The notes under the pieces were generated by a model. The model was not told where the DNA came from, did no database searches, and was given only the letters and a program-made list of their open reading frames with translations. The position numbers were made by a program, and so were the translations under genes. 64,000 nt of DNA. Source: Podarcis erhardii. Lineage: Eukaryota. Positions 39,001-51,000 of the stretch are shown here, in pieces. The stretch lies in assembly GCA_964252035.1 (NCBI GenBank), contig OZ176214.1, one strand, 5' to 3'. Within the stretch, counting starts at the first letter, position 1. The number at the start of each line of letters is the position of its first letter.

Positions 39001-42000
39001 TAGTTACCAGATCCACCTTTTTGTGGAGCTGTTCCAGTGAGTCACTTATCTTACATAATACAACCACTAAGGCCTCTTCTGTCAACATTCTTAACCGATT
39101 CAAGGCCCCCAGAATCTCACAGGTTTTTATCTTGCAGCTGGAAATCCCCCCAGCTCAACTCTTGAAAGTTTCAAAAGCTTCCTCTAGAGGGAAACAGTTC
39201 CTCTAGAGGGAAACGGTTTCTATTTATATTAGTCCTTTTAAACTCAATTCAAACAATAAAGTTAGTTTCAATTTTCTGTTACTTTTACTCCTTTTTAAAC
39301 GCAGACAGAGACTATGGAAACAATGTATTCCTCTTATTTGACTAACTGTCAGTGAACGTTCTAATCACGGTCAGTCCTGTTGGCAGCCCGTTTCCAGGAT
39401 CGGAGCGGTGGTATATTAACTCTGTTCGCTCTCTCCTGCAGGTATACTCAATCCAAAACTTTCCCCCCTCTTCTCCTGCCACCAAGGGGGGTTTAGTATT
39501 TTTACTGATGGAAATTTAGTCCTTTAAGATAGGCTTTCAGAGACTTCAGCTTGCATCCTCATTGCTTCAATCTATTTACAAAAGGGGAAGGTGGACTTCC
39601 TGTTTTAGACCTCCCCGTTTCGGCACCAAATTAAGACGTTTAAAAATCCAATTCTCCGCTCTACTCACAGGTAGTTACTTTAAGATCAAATTGTCCACAG
39701 GAAAAAGTCAGTGCTCTCCGGCAACAGCTATGCGGCTTCACTCCGTGGAAGAAGCAGTCAATTCAAAGCACCGCGCCGCTCACCCCATGTTGCTCCGGAT
39801 CCCCGAAACCGGGTTTCCCCGCGAGTAGGGAAGGCGCAAAAGGTGCCAGCCGAATCCCATGTTCACAGGCTTCACCTGCCTGTGATTTCTAGTGGGTCTC
39901 CGCCTTCACCGTGGCGGCCATACCCGGATTCCTACGAAGCAAATTCCTCCCGATCAGAGGAATTCCGCCATTACCGGAGGCACTAACCCGGAAGTCCCCT
40001 GTTTTTAAGCTCAAACCCTTTTTGAGCTCAAACCCTGATCAAATGGCTTCCTCAAGAACAGCAGGCAGGTAGCTGTCCCAGCTTGTCTACGCTTGCCAGG
40101 ATCTGCTGGAGTGGGAGGCCCAAACAGGGTCCCTCGATCCCTGCAAAATTCCTGATCCAGCCCTACTGGTCAGTCAGGCTTGCCCTTTCTTTACAGGAGG
40201 GGTGAGGAACCTCAGGCCCAGCAGGGACTGAAACTGGCCCTCAGGATTCACCCCAGGCCATGCCCCTCGCTAAGCCTGCTCTGTGGGCTGGACCAAAACA
40301 GTCCTGGACCTCCAATGTTGCCTCTTGCTGTCCTGGATGAGAGACAGAGGGGGGGAGTGTGAGTGGGTGTCTAAAGTAGCCTATTGTACAAAGGTAAAAA
40401 TTACATTCGTTGCCCCTCCCACTTTCCCCTCTAGCCCCGCCCACTCCTGGCATGCTCCTCCCCACCAAATAGGTTTCCCCAGAGGGAATGGTTTTCATCC
40501 CTGCTTTAAACTACAGTACTGTCCACAAGAGTGCAAGAGAACTGTCAGTATTCCTGTGCCCTGCTCTCAACCAGCCTTTACCAGCCTGACAAACACACAC
40601 ACAGATCCTGTGGACTCCAACTCCCATCAGTCCCAGCCAGCGCCTGCTGATTGGAGTTGGAGTCCAAGGTATCTGGATGACGTCAGTTGGCGAAGGCTGT
40701 GTGGTTCTGGCACTTAGCGTAGGCGGTCACCCAAACTTGTTTTTTGCATGGTTCTCCATTTCTGGAACTTGAAGGGCTGGGAAGATGGGATGATTGGCAT
40801 GAAGAGAGGAGGCAGGCGGTTCCTCCTCATCCCGCCAGCATTGGCTTACGGGTCTTCGGGAGAAGCTGAACGCATTCCTCCGGACTCAACCCTGGCCTTT
40901 GAGGTGCAAGTCAAACGGGTGAGTGTGTCTTCCTCCCAATGTGTTAGCAACCAAGAGAACCTTGGAAGGTTGTTGGGTGGTCGGTCTACTGCCTAGATAA
41001 GGTTCTACAAATGGAGGCAGTGGTTGCCTTGACCAGACTCCATGGTGCCCCTCTTTTGCTCCCTTAGGTGAGATTTGCAAAGGGCGCTGACTCCGCCGGA
41101 CAGAGCCTGGGCCCCAGGGACTCCCTCACACCTTCACCAGCGCCACAATCAGAAAGCCCCGCTACAGACCCAGCCTGGCTGACTCCTCCTACACCTGCTC
41201 CAAAGCCAGGGTGAGAAATAAATTGAGGGTGCCCTTAGCTTTTAAGCCTTCCATTCTCCCAGGTGTCACATCCTAACTCTGCATAACCTCAGCTGCATAA
41301 CTCAGACCCCATCTGCACTGTACCACCTTGAGATCTACGGATGAAGTCCGGTATACAAATTCAATAAATCATAGTAAATCATATGTTCCAAACAGCACCA
41401 TGCCACTTTCAACAGCCGTGGCTTCTTCCAAAGAATCCTGAGGGCCACCTTGCCTCATAGGCAACCTGGCAGGGGCCACATTCCAGGGCTGCGCTGGGGC
41501 TCCAGTGGACAGAGCAACAGATGCTGCTCCTGCCTTCTGTGCAGCCAGAAAATACACCATGTGGGGCTTCTTTCTGCACACACCTCTCCCTGTCCAGGGA
41601 AGCAAGATGCACTGTCACAGTTCAAGGACACATTCCAGCCAGGCTAAAGCTCCCTTGGGGAGGTCATGAGGTGGAGTAGGTGAGGGCCTTGCCCGAGGCA
41701 GAGTCTCTTCGTTTGTTAACTCCCTTCCTTCCATACTGCAGGGAGCCAGCTGTGCGTGCCAAATCAAGCTCTATTAGCGAACAACTAGCGGTAAGTCCCC
41801 ATTGGACTCAAATCTTCCTATTGATTGTATAGTTCCTGTTGAATGTGACCAAAGCAATGAGAAGTAACTTGGTCCTCTCACAGAGCACGGATCCTTATTG
41901 GTGAGCATTTTTTGAGAAACTCAGGTTACATTTCCCTGTTGATCCTGTGATATATTTTTTTAAATAAAAGCTCCCACGTAATAAAGATACAGTATTTTTC

Positions 42001-42253
42001 CGTCTATAAGACGCTCCCATGTATAAGACGCCCCCTATTTTTATGGACTTAGATTTAAGAAAATGGGGGAAGATGTGTCTGTGTATAAGATCACCCCTAA
42101 TTTTTGACATTATTTTTAAGAGAAAAAACCTAGTCTTATACACGGAAAAATACGGCGTGTCACAGGAAAAGCATATCATCTGTGACTACAAGTAATTAAA
42201 ATTTGATATTGTGCTTGCATAGACTTCTGAGATGGGTTTCTAAGCGGGTTTTA

Positions 42254-42296
<43 letters not shown>

Positions 42297-45036
42297 CAGT
42301 TTTAAGGTTCTTTCATTAATAGTTTTAGAGTGAAAATGTAGCAAGGAAATGGTGCGTTCATGAGGACCCCCCCACACATTGGAAGGTTCTATAAATGTAA
42401 GGCCCCCCCCCCCCCGTATGGGTGTTCATGTTTACAACATCTTAGTTGATTATCTGTGTATTTCATTCCCGTTTCCTATCAGAGGGCATGCTGGCTGGGG
42501 GCTGATGGGAGTTGTAGTCCATTACACCTATAGGGCCCCAGGTTGGTGAAGGTTGCTGTGCCCTTTCCTATAATAATTTTTATAAAGTTTTCTATTTTAA
42601 ATTTCAAAATAAACATTTTACAAACTGTAAAATATCCAGTCATTTTCCTTCTTTTCCTTCCATGGTTCTTTTTATATATTATACATTCTGGCATATTTTA
42701 GTATACCATTCAAATAAACTTTCCACTTTTACACCCATCAAAAATTATTTACTCTGTTGAATTTATCTCAGTTCTGCCGTCATTTTCAACTGATTGATAT
42801 GCCCTTAACTAAGGCCTAAGTACTGAGCATCTGACATGCATTGTCAGGCACACAAAGGAAGCCACGGGGGGGCGGGGGAGAGAAGGACAAACCAGCTGCT
42901 TTCTCTTAGGGGATCTGGTCCCCTTGGCTTAATCCTGCCCAGGGGTTGTGACAGCCCTCACCACCATTTTGAAATCCCTCTGTTAGGCTTTGAAAGGGTA
43001 TGAAAGGTTGTTTTACTGGATGCATCCCATGATATGGGAAGAGGAATCTCTCTCTTTTTTAAAGAAACCATGAAGATATCAAATGCAGGAAGATTGGAAA
43101 TCTAAATGCAATATAAGCTGTTGTATGAGCTTGTAAACCACTTTTATTTTCCTTAGGTGGGCAATGAGGTCACTTTGGCTTGGGGAGTTGTAGCCGACAA
43201 CATCCAGATGGAAGGTCCCCTCAATCACCCTCCACTGTTATATAGCCTGATGTCATATTCTGACAAACAATAACTATGTTTCTGAAAAGCCTGGATGGCC
43301 AATTATAACACCAATTTCTCTTCCCTTCTCTTCTCGCCCCCCCCCCCACTTCCGCGGACAGAATCCTGATGTAACAAAAGTGAAACTCATTTCCCGTATG
43401 GCGAAGATGGGTCAGCCTATGCTACCTGTCCCCTCCAGCACATTTGCACCCCAGCAAGACTCAGCTGACAAGGAGGTAGAGGTGTGTTAGCTTCAATTCT
43501 CAGGTTTTTTTCAGTGGGGTTTGTGTGTGTTGGCTGTTGCTGAAATTCAGGTAGGTTGGCAGGATGACTGTTGAGGAACATAGCAAGCTGCCTTATACCA
43601 AGTGAGACTGCTCATCCACCTAGCTCCCTACTGTCTACACTAACTGGCAGTGAAGGAGGAGAGGGCCCTTTTTTTTTTACTTAATTACAAACCTACCTGG
43701 TTCTCCAAACTTATTACCAAACTTAAAACCATGGAGAGACCTGGTCTGAACAAAGACATTGGATTCTTATCTCATTATACATGACAAAGCCATTTTTCAC
43801 CTTCTCACCCCTTGCTTTTTCCTGTAAGACCTATTGCAGTTGTTAAGAGTCGTCAACAGGCTCATCACAGCTATCTGCCAATCACCCATTCCCACCACCC
43901 TTCTGAGTAATACCCCTCCCCACCTTCTCACTATATAGAAGGGTCTGGTGACTTCTGTTTCAGTGTATCTGAAGAAGTGTGCATGCACATGAAAGCTCAT
44001 ACCTAGAACTAACTTAGTTGGTCTTTAAGGTGCTACTGGAAGGAAATTTTTTTATTTTGTTTTGGTTCTCCAGGGTTTCACACAGGGGGCATTCCCTGCC
44101 TACCGGGTATCAAACCTGGGGCCCTTTGCATGAAACTGAGGTCTTGCCCTCCCTAGATCTAGTATTCACCCCAAACTGGTTTTGGGTCTGAATCTTAATT
44201 TGAGGGAAAGCCTTGTAAGGATCATCAATCATTTTGTTTGTATGTCGCCTTTCCCAAGTTAAAACAATGCTCAAAGCGGCTTACAACGTATTAAAAAAAA
44301 CCCCATAGCTACAAATGTTCTGGCATGCCTCTCTCTCGTTAATGTGGGATTTGAAGCCTCCAGGGTCCCTTTCCACTTCCCAGGAGGGTTAATTGTGCAT
44401 TGTCTTCTTCAGGAGCCGCATGCCATTCAAGAATTTTCAAACTTCTGTCCGAACGACTACCGTCCAATGGCCCCTCTTCAGTGGGCAACGCAAGGTAAAA
44501 AGTGTGTTCCCTTGTTGTGCCTTGGTGATGGTCACCAACTTGGGTGGCTTCAAAAGAGGGTTAGGCAAGTTCATGGAGGAGAGGGCTGTCAGTGGCCACT
44601 GGCACTGTGGCTGCGCCCTCCCTCCACGGCTGGAGGAAAGAATGTTTCTGAATGCCAGTGACTGGAAACCGCAGGAGGGGAGAGGGCTGTTTGCAGGTTT
44701 CCCATGGGGGGCACCTGGTTGGCCACTGTGAGAAGAGGGTGCCAGACTAGATGGGTCACTGGCCAGATCTGGCAGGGTTCTTCTTGAGTGCAGTGGCTCT
44801 ACTCAGTAGAATTTAGTTGGACACAACCCAGAAGCCAGCATGATGATTATGCATGGAAAGCGGAGGAAATCTGGATGTGTGGGGATGGGGGAGCAGTGTC
44901 CTTCATTTGCTGTAGATCAGCTTGAACAGAGTCTGCATCTGTCACTGGCATTGTGTTTAGATGCTTGAATTAATCTGTTTGTGTGCTGACTCCTCTGGGC
45001 TCCTTTGGGTGGAAATAGAGAGAAACATGTTGATGT

Positions 45037-45086
<50 letters not shown>

Positions 45087-48000
45087 TTGATGGACTGCTT
45101 GTATTGAGATGGGCAACGCTGATGCCTCTGCTTTCTTCCTAGCTCCTCATCCAGCTGTCTCGGGGCTCCAGGTGCCTGCTGCCCCCCAGCCACACCCACC
45201 CCTTGCAAGAACCCCTCAAAACTGTCAGGTAAGGAGTCCTTTGTAGGCAGGGAAAGGTTCTTTCATAGGTTGCCAGGTGAGCCACAACATCATGCTCTGT
45301 TCCCTGGTTTGCTCAAGACAGGGGCATGTGACTAGCAGGCTTGACTAAGTTTCTTCATCCTTTTCTGTCAGTGTCAGGTCTTCATTTGCAAAATAGGGAG
45401 GGTGCAGCATAACCATGTTAGCCTTATTGGAGTTCACCGATTGGGTCTGCATTGCTCCGGGACAGGAGGAAGGAAGTCAAAATGACACCAAGGTTGGTTC
45501 AAAGAAAGAGTTTATTCTGCTCTCCGGATAGCAGAAGGCACTTGCGTGATTAGTCCCCAGCAAGTCCAAAGAAATGACAAGTTTCATGCAGTATATATAT
45601 CCTCCAGGCACCCTCTCCCTCCTTCCAACCACATCAGCCTATGTATGCAGGTTGACATCACATATGTTCCTGCTCTGGTACTCTCAACCATAAAAGGATC
45701 TTCCTTCCTGTACTTCTGACCATAAAAGGGATCTTCCTCTTCCTACTCTTATCTGGGAAGAGGTAATCATCTCCGGGAACATGCTCTGGCGTTTGTTCCC
45801 AGACCTGGGTTTGTGTGTCAGAGTGTGTCCAAGACGTAAGATAAAGCACAGACGTGTCTTCTCTCTGTTCTGTTCTACTACTGGTACAGTGAAGGCCATA
45901 GTTGCCGTCACAACTGATAAAGGAGAGGGCTCTGAGCACCTGTCTATACAGCCGGGCTTTTGTTTATGCATTGAGCTCAGAGCTCAAGTTAATGGATTTT
46001 AGCTAAGGAAAAATAGGGATTTTGGTGCAGTTTCAAACTGCCTGGACAGTCAGTTTGGGGTTTTGGAAACCCATTCCTTCAACCATGAAGGTAATAGCCC
46101 TTCGGTGCAAATCCCAAAAGCACTAGATTAAGAGCTAGCAGCATTCATAGCCTTGGGTTGGAGGGAAGCAGTTTGTTACCGCGGCAGAGGTAGTTTCCAC
46201 CAAATCCAGCGGGGATCTTCTATATATTGGGTGATCTTTAGAAGAATGTAAGAAGAACCTCTGCTGGATGAGGCCAATGGCCAATCTCGCCCAGCATCCT
46301 ATTCAGATGGGGGCACCTCTTCTCAGTGGCTACCTGGATGCCCCAGTGCAAAGTGCACAAACAGTGCCTGCGTGCAAGAGCTCTTTCCCCTCCCCCAGTT
46401 TCCAGCAACTGGCATTCAGAAGCATTCCTCCTTCCAGCCATTAGCTGTCAAGGCCAGTAGCCATCAATAGGCGCCTCCCCCATGGATCTGCCCAATCCTC
46501 TTTTAAAGCTGTCCAAATGGTTGTCCATCGTTGCCTTTTGCAGGAGAGGATCCCTTGCAGTCCTTGGCCTTTGGGTCATCTAGCCCTCGAGAGCAGGCTT
46601 AAGCAATCCTGCTGTTTTAATGGGGGACCTTTTTGCCGTCTGTTTGGTCAGTGTGACAAGTCACCTGACTCTCCTTTCCCTCCCCCACCTGTGTTCTCAG
46701 CCTTATGCAGGGATGCCATATGCTTACCCACAAGTGAGTGCCGCAGTTTCCCAGCTCCAGCCTGTTGGGTTGTGCCCAGCTCCTTTCCAAGGTATGTTCA
46801 AACTGTGCACTATGTAGCTTTGGGAGCTGCTTCCAAACATTAACTTTTTTAAAAAAGCAAAACCCTTTATTAACATTGTTGACAACCCAAAAGTCTGGTA
46901 GCAGGCTTGCCATATATGAAGAAAGCAAACAGAAAATAATAAGAGAAAGGAATGGTGGCACACCAGTATTAATTAAGACACCCATATTTCCCAAACTGGT
47001 ACGGATAGTGAATGTTGAGCATCTACCTCTGTAGCTCAGGAAATGAAATTCTACCTGTTGAGCATTAACTCAGTGAAAGTTAGAAATTCCCCTGTTCAGA
47101 GCATCACAGCCTACTGGATCAGGCCAGTGACCCATGTAGTCCAGCATTTTCTTCTTACAGTGGCCAACCAGATGCCTGTGGGAAACCCACAAGCAGGATC
47201 TTAGCACCTTTCCCTTCCTGTGCTTTTCAGCAGCTGGTATTCAGAAGCATTTATTGCCCCCAATTGTGAAGTCGCAACATGGACATCATGGCTGGTTGCC
47301 ATCAATAGCCTTCTCCTCCTCCGTGAATTTGTCCAATCCTCTTTTAAAGCCATCCAAGTTGGTGGCCATCACTGCCTCCTGAAGTCTGCACTGTGTGAAG
47401 AAGCATTTCCTTTTGCCTTATTCCAGCCGTTTAAAAGCTGGGAATTAGGCAGCTAAATTGCCTTAAAGTCCCCCACCCTAGAAGATTCACGGCTGCTTGT
47501 TAAGATGCTCAAGGACGACTGTGTTCTTTTCTCCCTGCCCTTTCTTATTGGTGTGACCCCTTTCTTCCCGCCCTGTCCACATCTACAGTGGTACCTCGGG
47601 TTAAGTACTTAATTCGTTCTGGAGGTTCGTTCTTAACCTGAAAATGTTCTTAACCTGAAACACCACTTTAGCTAATGGGGCCTCCCGCTGCTGCCATGCT
47701 GCTGCTGCGCAATTTCTGTTCTCATCCTGAAGCAAAGTTCTTAACCCGAGGTACTATTTCTGGGTTAGCGGAGTCTGTAACCTGAACCCAAGGTACCACT
47801 GCATTTGCTTCTGCTGGCAGTCTCATTTTGAAACAACAATAACAAACACAACCTTGCAAAGTTTTCTTTCCTGTCACAGCAGCTGGAGACCTTGGTTCAT
47901 TCCTGCTGACAGAGACCCGGCAGCAGAACACAGAGATCCGCCTGGCCGTTGGGAAGGTGGCTGACAAGATGGACCAGCTGTCAGTCAAGGTAATACAGAA

Positions 48001-51000
48001 CTTTCAGGGTAAAGGTAAAGAGGCCCCTGACCATTAGGTCCAGTCATGACTGACTCTGGGGTTACGGCGCTCATCTCGCTTTATTGGCTGAGGGAGCTTC
48101 CGGTTCATGTGGCCAGCATGACTAAGCCGCTTCTGGTGAACCAGAGCAGTGCACAGAGACGCCGTTTACCTTCCCGCCAGAGCGGTACCTGTTTATCTAC
48201 TTGCACTTTGACATGCTTTCGAACTGCTAGGTTGGCAGGAGCAGTCACCAAGCAACGGGAGCGCACCCCGACCTTCTGATCGGCTAGCCCTAGGCTCTGT
48301 GGTTTTAACCCACAGCGCCACCCATTGGTTTTGTATTGTTGATTATTTTATTTCATAAAAAAACTCAAAGCACTTTACAAAAAGAATAAAACAATAGAAT
48401 TATTAGTAAAAACAATTTAAATATTTTAAAAATTAAAACCAGCGATAAACTAGAAACCTATCAGCATTCTAGAGATCTAAAGAAGCATGTGCCAAAAAGG
48501 GAAAGGCAGTTCCCCATTTACATGGGGTTTGCGTTCTGAGGCACTATGCATGTCAGCCTCCCCCGCACCCCTGAGGGCCAAAACTGGTGCGCCCACAGAT
48601 GGGGAGTTGTCTGTACAGTGAAGGTGCCTGCCTGATATTGATCATTGTTCAACTGTTTTAAGGCTTTTAAACAATTTTGGCATTTTATGTTCATTGTATA
48701 ATACATATATCAGGCAGTATATGCATTTTCTGAAATAATCAATCAATCTACCTTCAGGTTTTGCTTCTGTTTCATAGTGTTGGAGAACTGTATCTAGCTG
48801 CTTTTATAGTAGGCTTGTGAATTGTCTTTTTAATCTCTGATGGGGGGGGGGAGGTTTGGGACTAGGGAAGTTGCTTCAGCTAGGTGGTGGAGCACCTCTT
48901 TGCATGCTGAAGGTTCCATGTTAGCTCCCTAATGTCTCCAGGTAGGACTGGGCGACTCCCCAGTCTGTAAACCCAGGGAGATGCTGCCCGCCAGTGTTGA
49001 CAGCACTGAGCTAGATGGACCCAGTGGTCTGATACTGAGCCAGATTCCTGTGCTCCCAGCAGTTTCTCTCCTTGGCAAGCAAGTGAGCAGCTCAAAGGGC
49101 CCAGGCCTGATCTGGCTTCTTCTCTCCCATGTGCTGATGCTTCAAGCTGCACCTCCTTTTTGTTTTTCCTTTCTCTCCCCACACCCCTTGCAGCTGGAGG
49201 AACTGCGGAAGCAAAACTCTGGCCCCGGTTTGCTGCCAGGCATCTCTTCTGTTACCATGGAAACCTCTATGATCATGAGTAACATCCAGCGTATCCTGCA
49301 GGTAAAGAGCCTGTCTACTTGAGAGCATGAAGACTTTTACCTTGCTTTTACCTTCAGGTGAAGGGTCACAGCTAAGTGGCAGAGCATGTGATTCGCAGGC
49401 AACAGGTCCTGGGTACAGTCCCCAATGGTGTCTCCTGGCAGGGCTGAGAGAGACCCCGTGCCTGAAACCCTGGAGGAGACGCTGCCAGTCAGTGGGGAGC
49501 CTTGGGCACAAATGCTGCCCTGTCCTTCCCTGTTCCTGCTCTGCACCTTCCTTGAGTTCTTTTGGCCAGCTGGAAGTGTCTTTGTTGCTAGCCTGGATGT
49601 GGAGCAATCGGTGTAGAGACTTCTTGTCTCCTGTATTATAGCCACATCTGTTGCTCCACCCACTTTTGTCCCACACCTGGACAGTTGATCCAGAGGCAAG
49701 GCAGCCTTTGGACTGGCAGAGCTTCTTTGCCCCTGTTGTAGGCTACACTGGGCTAGATACACGCAACTATCTGGCTTGAGCTAAGAGAGCTTCCTCTGTT
49801 CCAGTTCCTCTAAGGCTGCACTAGCTATTGGGCTTTTAGTATTGCAGCTCCAGACATCCAGAATGAGTTTCCAGCCCAAATCAGACCAGGGCCTAGTGTG
49901 ACGCTGTTCAGATGCCTCTTGAAAGCATGCTTGCTTTGGAGGGCTTTCCATCCTGAGATGTCACTTATGAAGATCAAGTTTTATACCTGCTGAAATGGTG
50001 TTGTTTTTTAAAGTTGAGTACAATAGATGGGCATATTGTATCAGAGTTTGTGAAATTGATTTTATTCATTCTCAGAGCTTGGATTTCTGTGTTGTTGTTT
50101 GCTTTTACCATGTATCTTGCTTCCATGGCTTCATGCAGTACAGCTGTCTCGCAATTTGCTTACTAAATAAAGTTTACCTAGGAGGCTTGCAAAAGGGGAG
50201 CAGCTCCAAACTGCCCATGTTCTGTCCATGACCATGGCGGAAGACCACAACGATTTCTCTCCTCAAATCTGGGTCCCCGAGAGAGGTTGGGGAAGAGATT
50301 GTGGCTGGAGATTGTGAGAGTTGTAGAGGCTAGGACTGACTCTGACACATTCTGTTTTGCTCTTTGTGCCACAGGAAAATGAGAGGTTGAAACAGGAGAT
50401 CGTTGAGAAGAGCAGCCGCATTGAGGAGCAGAACAAGAAGATTGGTGAACTTATTGACCGCAACCAACGGTGAGGGAGACTCTTGCTCACTTTTAATGCT
50501 CTATGAGAAACAGCTGGTATTTGTGGCTGAAGCCTAAAGCTCAGGTGGCCTGGCTCAATCCCCAGGCACCCCAAGGCTGCTGCCAGTCAAAGTGGACAGT
50601 ACTGGGCTGGATGGACAAATAGAGGAATACAGGAATATAGCCAGTGTGGGGTTCCAGTTAAGAGGGTCGGTCAGAGTAAGATCTGGGAGACCAGGGTTCC
50701 AATCTGATATAAAGGTAAAAACTCTCCTAGGGTGGCTTTTGAAAAGTGAGCTCTACATATAATACTGCCTTGATTTATTTATTTTTACATGAGAGGATGG
50801 AAAGTATCAAATCATGCAAACATTCACCTGTGTAAAAAAACAAATCTCCCCCAGCTATGTGGAGCAAAGCAACCTGTTATCTGAGCAGAGCAACAGCTCA
50901 CTGCAGAGGACCATGGAGCACACCCAGGCAAGGGTCCTACATGCTGAACAGGAGAAGGTAAGCCCTGGCAGTGTGACAGCCACAACAGGAAGGCCAAGTG

